Assembly (NCBI GenBank): GCA_018240265.1
Contig: JAFEGC010000001.1
Span: 1-39,918 of the forward strand
DNA length: 39,918 nucleotides
Direction: 5' to 3'
Source: Pseudomonadota bacterium
GTDB taxonomy: Bacteria; Pseudomonadota; Gammaproteobacteria; Steroidobacterales; Steroidobacteraceae
Below the pieces are notes generated by a model that was not told the origin of the DNA, searched no databases, and worked only from the letters and a program-made list of their open reading frames with translations. Positions 18,305 to 26,109 of the stretch are shown in pieces. The position numbers and the translations under genes were made by a program. How positions within the stretch are numbered: position 1 is the first letter of the stretch; each line of letters begins with the position of its first letter.

Positions 18305-19663
18305 ATGCCGCTATGTCATTTGATCGCCTCGCTGGCCCTGTTGTCGGCCCTGTCGCTGCCGACCATGGTGGCATATGCGCAGGCCGTCTCCACACAGGAG
18401 GTCTCCACGTCCGCCAGTGCCGCGGGAATACCCGCCTCGGACGCCGCGCTCGATGCCCGGCTCGACCGGCTGTTGCGCCAGACGCCGCTGATCGACGGTC
18501 ACAACGACCTGCCTTGGGCACTGCGCGAGAACTACGGCGAGCAGTCCCTGAACGTGAATTTGAATGCCAACACCGCCCTGCTCTCCAAACCCTTACAGAC
18601 CGACATCCCACGCCTGCGGGCCGGGCACGTCGGCGCGCAGTTCTGGTCGCTGTGGATTCCGGTGGACACACCGGACGCCGCCGCCATACAGACCACGATC
18701 GAGCAGATCGACCTGGTGAAATCCATCGTGGCGCGCCATCCGCAGGCGCTGCAACTCGCCACCAGCAGTGCGGAGATCCGCCGCATCCATGCCGCTGGAC
18801 GCATCGCCTCGCTCCTGGGAATGGAGGGCGGGCACCAGATCAACGATTCCATGGCCGCGCTGCGCCAGATGTACGATCTCGGCGTGCGCTACATGACCTT
18901 GACGCACACCTCCAATACGCGCTGGGCCGATTCGGCCACGGACAACCCCCAGCACAATGGTCTCACGCCTTTCGGCAAGGCCGTCGTACACGAGATGAAC
19001 CGGCTGGGCATGATGGTGGACTTGAGCCATGTCTCGGAGCAGACCATGAACGCGGTGCTGGACGTGACCCGCGCGCCGGTGATGTTCTCGCATTCGTCGG
19101 CGCGCGCACTCAACGATCACCCGCGCAACGTCAGCGACGCCGTGCTGCGCCGGGTTGCCGCCAACGACGGCGTGGTGATGGTGAACTTCTATCCTGGTTA
19201 CATTTCCGAGGCACGCAACCGCTGGCTCGCCGACCGCGCCGCCGAGCAGACGCGTTACAACAGTCCGCCGTACCAAGGCCTGTACATCGGCCAGCCGGAA
19301 CGCGCCGCACAGGCGCTCAAAGCCTGGGAGGCGGCGCACCCCAAGCCTGCCGTGTCGGCGAGCATGCTGGCCGATCATGCGGATCACATCCGCAAAGTAG
19401 CAGGCGTTGCGCACGTGGGCCTGGGTTCGGACTTCGACGGCGTGGAGGATCTGCCCGATGGCATCAACGGCGTCGACGGCTTCCCGGTACTGCTGAAGGA
19501 GCTGATGCGCCGCGGCTGGTCCGATTCCGACATCCGTGCGCTGGCCGGTGAGAACCTGCTGCGGGTCATGGCCGCCAATGAAGCCACGGCGCGCGCCATG
19601 GCCAAGGAATTGCCTTCCACCGCCACACTCAAGGCGCTGGATTCACCGCCGCCGCATCATTGA
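18305..19663 (+). CDS. Membrane/periplasmic dipeptidase, peptidase family M19
   Basis: ATG 18305 is preceded by AGGA. Signal peptide MPLCHLIASLALLSALSLPTMVAYAQA. M19 motifs: LIDGHNDLPWALR, LGMEGGH, YMTLTHTSNTRWADS, VDLSHVS, FSHSSAR, GLGSDFDG. Confidence 0.9.
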   Translation: MPLCHLIASLALLSALSLPTMVAYAQAVSTQEVSTSASAAGIPASDAALDARLDRLLRQTPLIDGHNDLPWALRENYGEQSLNVNLNANTALLSKPLQTDIPRLRAGHVGAQFWSLWIPVDTPDAAAIQTTIEQIDLVKSIVARHPQALQLATSSAEIRRIHAAGRIASLLGMEGGHQINDSMAALRQMYDLGVRYMTLTHTSNTRWADSATDNPQHNGLTPFGKAVVHEMNRLGMMVDLSHVSEQTMNAVLDVTRAPVMFSHSSARALNDHPRNVSDAVLRRVAANDGVVMVNFYPGYISEARNRWLADRAAEQTRYNSPPYQGLYIGQPERAAQALKAWEAAHPKPAVSASMLADHADHIRKVAGVAHVGLGSDFDGVEDLPDGINGVDGFPVLLKELMRRGWSDSDIRALAGENLLRVMAANEATARAMAKELPSTATLKALDSPPPHH

Positions 19664-19671
19664 AACATCGC

Positions 19672-19703
19672 GCGGAGCGCTCTCAGTGCGCCGCGCGCTC
19701 CGC
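19672..19703. terminator. Possible hairpin between convergent genes (GCGGAGCGC / GCGCTCCGC, 14-nt loop)
   Basis: The 9-bp perfect stem is read directly (19672-19680 pairs with 19695-19703). There is no U-tract, and the 3' arm lies inside the end of the Rieske CDS, so the terminator function is doubtful. Confidence 0.2.
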
Positions 19704-20774
19704 ATCCGAGCGCCGCTTCAAATACTTGCGCATGGCGATGGCCGCGCGATCGCTGCCTACGGAGATCTCGTAGACCTCCTCGCCGGCGGCCACCAGCGCC
19801 TGTTCCACCGCCTCCAATCCCTGCACGTCCTCGTTGAAGGCCTGAAACAGCTGTTGGTGCATGAATTCGGTGATCTCCGCGCGATCCAGCGCAAAGTCCC
19901 GGCCGTGGACGATGAAATAATGGGTGGCGTGCTGCGATTCCGGCGTCGGAATGTGCGCGGTCTTGATCTGGAACACCGGCCGGGAAGACTCCGGCAGGGT
20001 CGAGTCATAGAACTGCGCCGTCACCACGTGCAGCCCGGGCGAGACGAACTCGGAAGTCGCGATCCGCGCCGCCGCGTCGTGCCCAATACCGGTGGGTTCG
20101 GCCCACACCGGCGGCAGACGCGTGGGAATCACGCTCCGGCGCAGCACGAAGCGATTCTCCTCGATGAGCACATCGTAGGGTGCCGAGACGTAGTCGGGCG
20201 TGCCGAAAGTGCGCGCATGCAAAAAACTCAGATGCGTAAGATCCATGAGATTTTCATGCAGACCTACATAACTGGCATGCAACGGCAAATACCCTTGCGA
20301 TCGATGCCAGTCGTCCGCCGCCAGCCAGGGCTGCTGCGGCACGCGCGCCGGATCGGCATGCGCGGGGTTCCCCATCCAGATCCACACCAATGGACCGTAT
20401 TCCACCACAGGGTACTGCCGTACGCCGATGCCCTTGGGACAGGTGGCCTGCGAGGGAATCTGGATGCAGTCGCCCTGCGCGTCGTAGCGAAACCCGTGGT
20501 AGCCGCAGACGATGGTGTCGCCGTCGAGCGTGCCCGCCGACAGGGGCAGCGAGCGGTGCGCGCAACGATCCTCCAGCGCAACCGGCCGGCCCTCCTGGGT
20601 GCGGAACAACACCAGGTTGCGGCCCAGGACGCGGCGCTTCAACAACAGACGACCGATCTCGCTGCCGAAAGCCGCCACGTACCATTCGTCGAATATGAAC
20701 GGTGTGTTCCGATCCGCCAGGGATTGGGCCGCGGCGCGGGAAGCGCGGATAAGTTCGCGTGAGGGCAAGGTCAT
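19683..20774 (-). CDS. Rieske [2Fe-2S] aromatic-ring hydroxylating/demethylating oxygenase, alpha subunit (VanA/phthalate-family type)
   Basis: Internal ATG 20774 (MTLPSRELI...) with GGAGAA upstream. Rieske motif CAHRSLPLSAGTLDGDTIVCGYHGFRY. Mononuclear-iron motif HENLMDLTHLSFLH. No reductase or ferredoxin partner is present in the window. Confidence 0.9.
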   Translation of the reverse strand: MTLPSRELIRASRAAAQSLADRNTPFIFDEWYVAAFGSEIGRLLLKRRVLGRNLVLFRTQEGRPVALEDRCAHRSLPLSAGTLDGDTIVCGYHGFRYDAQGDCIQIPSQATCPKGIGVRQYPVVEYGPLVWIWMGNPAHADPARVPQQPWLAADDWHRSQGYLPLHASYVGLHENLMDLTHLSFLHARTFGTPDYVSAPYDVLIEENRFVLRRSVIPTRLPPVWAEPTGIGHDAAARIATSEFVSPGLHVVTAQFYDSTLPESSRPVFQIKTAHIPTPESQHATHYFIVHGRDFALDRAEITEFMHQQLFQAFNEDVQGLEAVEQALVAAGEEVYEISVGSDRAAIAMRKYLKRRSDAERAAH

Positions 20775-21361
20775 GGCTTGTTCTCCGACACCGACTCCTG
20801 TGCCGGAGTCGCCTCGATGAGTGTACGCCGGGCATCCCGGGTCAACGCTGCCTTGGATCGCTCCACCGGCGCGCCTACCTGCAAGCGGCGTGAAAAAGCC
20901 CGCGTCTGGCGGCTGGCGCCCACCTTCAACGTCACCACGGCACCCAGGCGATACTCGCCGTCGGCCGGTGCCGTCAAGCTCAGCGTGCGCTGATACGTCT
21001 GGCCCTGCTTGACCGCTTCCAGGCGCAGGGGATTGTCCACCACCGCAAGCGCAAGCCCGGCGCTGGGAACCCACTCCACCAGCAGCTCGTCCGCATCGAC
21101 GCCCGGCGTGACTTCGACGCTTAACTCGATCGGGGTATTGGCGGCGAGATGCGCCGGTGCGGAGAAGCGCAAGTTCACCGGTGCCGCATACTTGCCGCGC
21201 GCGGGGGTGGCGGCGCGCGCCGCGGCGGCTTGCGCTGCTGGCGCCGCGGCCCGCGCGACTGCCTCATCCGGCGCCGTCGTGGCGGCCGGCGTCCCCGCCG
21301 GCGCGGCGCCCCACGCCGCCAGCAACGGTGCAATCAGGATCAGGGAGCTCGAATGACGCAT
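20771..21361 (-). CDS. Small secreted hypothetical protein (Ala/Pro-rich linker plus probable beta-sandwich)
   Basis: 196 aa. Signal peptide MRHSSSLILIAPLLAAWGAAPA. GGAG SD lies 8 nt upstream. It starts 16 nt after the metalloprotease stop, and its own stop overlaps the Rieske ATG (ATGA). I recognised no family. Confidence 0.65.
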   Translation of the reverse strand: MRHSSSLILIAPLLAAWGAAPAGTPAATTAPDEAVARAAAPAAQAAAARAATPARGKYAAPVNLRFSAPAHLAANTPIELSVEVTPGVDADELLVEWVPSAGLALAVVDNPLRLEAVKQGQTYQRTLSLTAPADGEYRLGAVVTLKVGASRQTRAFSRRLQVGAPVERSKAALTRDARRTLIEATPAQESVSENKP

Positions 21362-21377
21362 ACGGGTGGCTCCGTCT

Positions 21378-23753
21378 TCAGTTGATCGAGATGTTGAAAC
21401 AAGTCAGACCCTTGGGCGAACTGGTGGTGTTCGAAAACTCATACACCTCCACCACGTAGGTGCCGGCGGTCAGCGACTGCGTCAGCGTCTCGTTGTTGAG
21501 CATCGAAGATTCCGCCGAGGCGATCAACCCGGCGCCGAACAGTTCCAGGTCGGGATCGGTGCTGCTGGGGCCCGAGGCGCGAGTCGCCTTGATGGTGACC
21601 GAGCGTGGCGAACTCAGCGTAAATTTCAGAAATTTGCTCACCCCGATCTTGTTGCCGTCGTGATTGGGATCGAAGTTGTCGTTGCTGCATACGTTGGACA
21701 CCGTGCCCGGCACCGTGGCCGACCCATACAGCGGCAGAATGGATGAGTCACCGGCATTGTTCGTCTCGCCGGCACCCCACTCGTCGAAGCTCGGATCCGA
21801 TACGGCGATATCCTGCTCGTTCAAGAGGGCATCGATGCCGGCCGAGACCGCTGCATTGCGGGCCTTGAGCGCAGCCGCAAAAGGATAAATGCTGGTCACG
21901 GCGCGTGTGGTCACCATCTCGTTGTTCATCACGGTGTAGATGGGGCCGAAACCCAGGCCGAGGTTGTCCGCGCCATCATTGGTCGAATCGAACACATCCC
22001 AGAGCACCCGCGCGACCGAGGCTTCGCTGTACCAGCCGGGGTTGGTTGCCCCGGCACACAAGGGCAGCTGCGCATCGTTCTCCAGGGACAGACAACTGCC
22101 GTCGGCCTGCCCGCTGCCGTTCGAATCCTGGTAGACGCTGCGATTGATGGCCATGCCGGAGAATGCATCGCCCCAGCCTTCGCTGAATGCAACCCGCAGG
22201 TCCAGGCGATCCCCACCGCGGTGAACGCCGCCAAAGCTGTCGTCGCGCGAGAAGCTGTCCTGGAAATAATGGCCCCACTCGTGCGCGATGACGCTGGCAT
22301 CGTATTCGTCGGTGTCGGTGTTGGCATCGCCCAGGACGTAAATGGCATCACCCGTGGGAGGATGGGCGGTAGGATCGGCTGGATTGAACTGTGTGGTCTG
22401 GATGTCGCCGTTGGCGGGGTTGAAATTGCCGATGTTGGGAATGTTGTCCACGCTCCAATACAGATCCAAGTCCGGAAACACGGCAGTGGCGTTCGAGCCG
22501 AGCACCAGAGTGGTGGCCTGATACACCGTGTCCAGGATGGCGAACGGCGCCGCGGCGCGAGTGGTGGTGTAGCTGCTACCACCCCAACCGGACGGAGCGT
22601 TGAGATTGCGCTGACTGTCCGCCATGCCGCTGTTGAAGTCCGCGCCGGTCACCGCGTACAGTGCATTGGAGTTGGTATTGTCGAGCACGCGGTAATGCCA
22701 GGCGGGCGTGCCGGTGCGCAACATCTCGGCCTTGACCCGCAGGAATAAGCCGGTGTTGGCGGGCACGACCAGGGAATATGCGCCGCCGGCATCGGTGCTG
22801 GCGCTGGCCGCCACCGTGCTGCGATCCGAGGTCTGCACCGCTTCCACCAGCACGCCGCGCGCGGGTGACTGAAGGGCGCCAGTGTTGTAACCGGTGTAGT
22901 TAAGGCCGATGCCGTTTGCATTGCCCGGCACCTTGTCAAAGGTCACCGTGCCGCTCACCGTCACGGAGGTCGATGAAGAGGAAGTGACGGTGTAATGCGT
23001 GACGACGGTGACCGGACTGCCGGTCAGCGGCCGCGAACAGCCCGCATCCGCGCATACATTGATGATCACCGTGCCGTCGTAGGTGCCGACGGAAATCGTC
23101 GCGGGCGAGGCGAATTGCACCGTGACGGCGGCATGCGTCGGGTTGGTCACGACCGTGCTCACCGACTCGATGCCGGTCACCGCCACGGACTCCGGCGTGC
23201 TCACTTGTATCGTGGGGACGATATCCTCCCCCAGATCCATCGTGAGCTTGACGGTGCCGGTGGGCGCATCGCCCGTCGTCGGAGCCGATACCGACAGCGC
23301 GGTGGTATTGGCGAGCACCGACCCACCGGTGGCCTGCGTCACCGTGTAATGCGTGGTCACCGCGGCCGGACTGCCCGTGAGCTGGGTACCGCAGGCCGCG
23401 TCGGTGCAGGCCTTGATGGTCACCGTATCGTCGTAGGTGGCAGCGGTCAGCGAGGACGGCGCCTTGAAGGTGATGGTCACCGTGGCGCTGCTGGAACCGT
23501 TCACCGCCACGACGACATTGTCGACCCCGTTGTTGGTGGTCGTGGCCGTCACGGCGGGCGAGCTCGCGCCGCTCAAGCTGATGGTCACGGTGACGGCGCC
23601 GGTGGGCGCCGCGTCGGTGGTCAGAGCCGATACGCTCAGCGTGGTCTTGTCCAGCTTGATGGAACCGCTGGGCGCCGGGGAACCGCCACCGCCTCCGCCA
23701 CAGGCCGTCAGGGCCAACGCCCCCACCCCAATCCATTTGCGCATGAGCTGCAT
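21378..23753 (-). CDS. Multidomain zinc-metalloprotease lipoprotein (gluzincin-like HExxH...E) with a C-terminal PPC-type domain
   Basis: Lipobox MQLMRKWIGVGALALTAC followed by GGGGGG. Two ~115-aa repeats each end in a Cys pair plus THYTVT (KACTDAACG..HYTVT; NVCADAGCS..HYTVT). A carboxypeptidase-regulatory-like segment follows (VSGTVTFDKVPG...GGAYSLVVP). HEWGH is at 22269-22283 with FSEGWGDAF 30 aa downstream. The C-terminal segment ...TAGTYVVEVYEF... is typical of pre-peptidase C-terminal domains. The start (23753 vs 23744) is uncertain. Confidence 0.85.
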   Translation of the reverse strand: MQLMRKWIGVGALALTACGGGGGGSPAPSGSIKLDKTTLSVSALTTDAAPTGAVTVTISLSGASSPAVTATTTNNGVDNVVVAVNGSSSATVTITFKAPSSLTAATYDDTVTIKACTDAACGTQLTGSPAAVTTHYTVTQATGGSVLANTTALSVSAPTTGDAPTGTVKLTMDLGEDIVPTIQVSTPESVAVTGIESVSTVVTNPTHAAVTVQFASPATISVGTYDGTVIINVCADAGCSRPLTGSPVTVVTHYTVTSSSSTSVTVSGTVTFDKVPGNANGIGLNYTGYNTGALQSPARGVLVEAVQTSDRSTVAASASTDAGGAYSLVVPANTGLFLRVKAEMLRTGTPAWHYRVLDNTNSNALYAVTGADFNSGMADSQRNLNAPSGWGGSSYTTTRAAAPFAILDTVYQATTLVLGSNATAVFPDLDLYWSVDNIPNIGNFNPANGDIQTTQFNPADPTAHPPTGDAIYVLGDANTDTDEYDASVIAHEWGHYFQDSFSRDDSFGGVHRGGDRLDLRVAFSEGWGDAFSGMAINRSVYQDSNGSGQADGSCLSLENDAQLPLCAGATNPGWYSEASVARVLWDVFDSTNDGADNLGLGFGPIYTVMNNEMVTTRAVTSIYPFAAALKARNAAVSAGIDALLNEQDIAVSDPSFDEWGAGETNNAGDSSILPLYGSATVPGTVSNVCSNDNFDPNHDGNKIGVSKFLKFTLSSPRSVTIKATRASGPSSTDPDLELFGAGLIASAESSMLNNETLTQSLTAGTYVVEVYEFSNTTSSPKGLTCFNISIN

Positions 23754-23929
23754 GGGCGCAGACCCTAACACAAAGCGGCAGTGGCGCAAGATTCCGCGCA
23801 CCGGTCCCGGGCCTTGTCGGCGACCGGCGACGGCAGCGCGCCAACATGTCTCGGCCACAACGGTACGACCATATGCGCCAACCGGCGGGCCGCGACCTGC
23901 CAGGTCCGCGCCCCGCCTCCGCCAACCCT

Positions 23930-24691
23930 TCAGTTCGTGATCTTGCGCAACACCAGCACGAACTTGTCGGTCTTGCCCAGCATGGGCGGCTTGTAGGAAA
24001 TCTGGTCGCGCGCATCCTCGGGGTGTCGCAGCGCTTCGCTGCGCGCCACCACCTTGAACCCGCGGCTCTCGAAATCCTTCACCGCGAAGGATTCCTCGAT
24101 GCGATGGAGCGAGGAGGCATCAGCGTTGTCGTGACCGGCCTGCGCGGAATGGTCCACCAGCAATAGCACGCCGCCGCGTTTCAAGGCGCGGGCCAGTTGG
24201 TCCAGCACCACCGCCGCGTCCACCTTGGGCCAGACGCCTTCCGCATCGCTCCAATACAGGTCGTGATACACCTTGATGAGCAGCACGGCATCCAGCGAGT
24301 GCGGCTTCAGATTCATCTCGTTCAGATCGAGCGTGCGGTGCTCGACGTTCTTCAGGCGTCCGCCCGCCAGACGCTTGGCGAGTTCCGCATCGCTCCAGTG
24401 ATCGAACGCGGCATTGTTGATCAGCAGCACATGGCCCTTCGGACCTACCAGCTTACCCAGCAATTCGCTGTAGTAACCATCGCCGCCGAGCACGTCGGCC
24501 ACTTTCATGCCCGCACCGATGCCCGTGAGACGCAGGATGTCCGCCGGATGATCCACGCCATCGCGCTTGAGGTCGGCCGCACTGCGCCCCGGCTGCGCCA
24601 CCGCCGCATCGAAACGATCCGCGGCCATGGCAGTGGTCGCCAACATCAGCCCCGCCGCCATCCACAGCCGGTTGCAATACGTAAGCTTCAT
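23930..24691 (-). CDS. Class I SAM-dependent methyltransferase-like protein with N-terminal signal peptide (COG4798-like)
   Basis: ATG 24691 is preceded by GAGGAGGGG; the track start 24697 is a GTG. Signal peptide MKLTYCNRLWMAAGLMLATTAMA|AD. Motif I-like KVADVLGGDGYYSELL. Post-I/II segment LLVDHSA. Confidence 0.83.
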   Translation of the reverse strand: MKLTYCNRLWMAAGLMLATTAMAADRFDAAVAQPGRSAADLKRDGVDHPADILRLTGIGAGMKVADVLGGDGYYSELLGKLVGPKGHVLLINNAAFDHWSDAELAKRLAGGRLKNVEHRTLDLNEMNLKPHSLDAVLLIKVYHDLYWSDAEGVWPKVDAAVVLDQLARALKRGGVLLLVDHSAQAGHDNADASSLHRIEESFAVKDFESRGFKVVARSEALRHPEDARDQISYKPPMLGKTDKFVLVLRKITN

Positions 24692-24752
24692 GGCCACCCC
24701 TCCTCGATTGAACGCCTCTTGCGCAGCATATCAGCTGGCGCCCGGCACGGAC

Positions 24753-26021
24753 TCAAGCAGGCCCTGCCTCCGAATCGCCACCCGCGGGCAGGGCCAGGAG
24801 CGCCGCGAGGCTGATGGCCGCCACCGCGGTCAGGTAGCCGCCGGCATAGGCGATGCCATGCCGCGTGGCCAGAGTCGTGGCGATGTATGGCGCAAGCGAT
24901 GCGCCCAGGATGCCGGCTAAATTAAAGGCCAGCGAAATACCGGTGTAGCGCACCCGCGTGGGAAAGGCCGCCGCGAGATAACTACCAAGCGGCCCGTAAG
25001 TCATGCCCATCAGCGCGAGTCCCACGCACAGAAACAGCAGCACCTGGGGGACAGCCGGCGTTGCGAACCAGGGTGCGAAGCTGAACCCGAACGCCATCAC
25101 TGCGACCTTGGAGGCGATGAGCGTGGCGCGCGCGCCGATCCGGTCGGCCAGCAACGCAGAGGCGGGAATGAGTAACGCGAAAAACACCACACCGATCATC
25201 TGCAGCTTCAGAAACTCTGGGCGCGCGAATCCCAGCGCCGAGGTGGCCCAGCTCAGCGCGAACACCGTCATCAGGTAGAACACCGCGAAAGTGGTCGTGG
25301 CCGCCAGCGTGCCCAGCACCAGCGAACGCGTGTGATGGCGCACCACCGTGAGCAACGGCACGCGCTCGCGCTGCTCGCGCGCCAGGCTTTCGCGAAAAGC
25401 CGGCGTCTCCACCAGCTGCAATCTCACGTACAGACCCAGCGCCACCAGCACCGCGCTGGCGAGGAAGGGAATACGCCAGCCCCATTGCAGCAACTGCGCA
25501 TTGCTCAGCGTCTGCGTCAGCAGCAGGAACACGCCGGTGGAGCACCAGAAGCCCAGCGGCGCACCGAGCTGCGGAAAGCAGCCATACCAGGCATGCCGCC
25601 CCGGCGGTGCGTTCTCGGTGGCCAGCAGCACCGCGCCGCCCCACTCTCCGCCCAGCCCGATGCCCTGTCCCAGCCGGCAGATCGCAAGCCCGAGCGGCGC
25701 CAGCACACCCGCGGAAGCATAGGTTGGCAGCAACCCGATGCAAACCGTGGACAGGCCCATGGTCAACAGCGCCGTCACCAGCGTCGCCTTGCGGCCGATG
25801 CGATCGCCGAAATGCCCGAACAGGGCCGAGCCCAGCGGCCGGGCAAAAAAAGCCAGCGCGAAAGTGGCCAGCGACTGCAGCGTCGCCGAAGCCGGGTCGC
25901 CGGCGGGGAAGAACAGGGTGGGAAACACCAGCACCGCAGCCGTGGCGTAGATGTAAAAGTCGAAGAACTCGATGCCGGTGCCGGCCATGCTGGCCAGCAG
26001 AATGCGCGACGCGTGTTTCAA
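24753..26021 (-). CDS. MFS transporter, metabolite:H+ symporter (MHS) family
   Basis: Hallmark N-terminus GTGIEFFDFYIYATAAVLVFPTLFF and ARPLGSALFGHFGDRIGRK. Multiple hydrophobic TM segments. TTG start at 26021 with GGGAGGG upstream; the alternative is ATG at codon 12. Confidence 0.9.
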   Translation of the reverse strand: MKHASRILLASMAGTGIEFFDFYIYATAAVLVFPTLFFPAGDPASATLQSLATFALAFFARPLGSALFGHFGDRIGRKATLVTALLTMGLSTVCIGLLPTYASAGVLAPLGLAICRLGQGIGLGGEWGGAVLLATENAPPGRHAWYGCFPQLGAPLGFWCSTGVFLLLTQTLSNAQLLQWGWRIPFLASAVLVALGLYVRLQLVETPAFRESLAREQRERVPLLTVVRHHTRSLVLGTLAATTTFAVFYLMTVFALSWATSALGFARPEFLKLQMIGVVFFALLIPASALLADRIGARATLIASKVAVMAFGFSFAPWFATPAVPQVLLFLCVGLALMGMTYGPLGSYLAAAFPTRVRYTGISLAFNLAGILGASLAPYIATTLATRHGIAYAGGYLTAVAAISLAALLALPAGGDSEAGPA

Positions 26022-26109
26022 AAGCCGTTGCCCTCCCTGGCCGCCATTGCATCACATTTGAGGGCCTACGTGCGACGCCGTGATGGCCGCACGGCGCCCG
26101 ACGCGCAGC

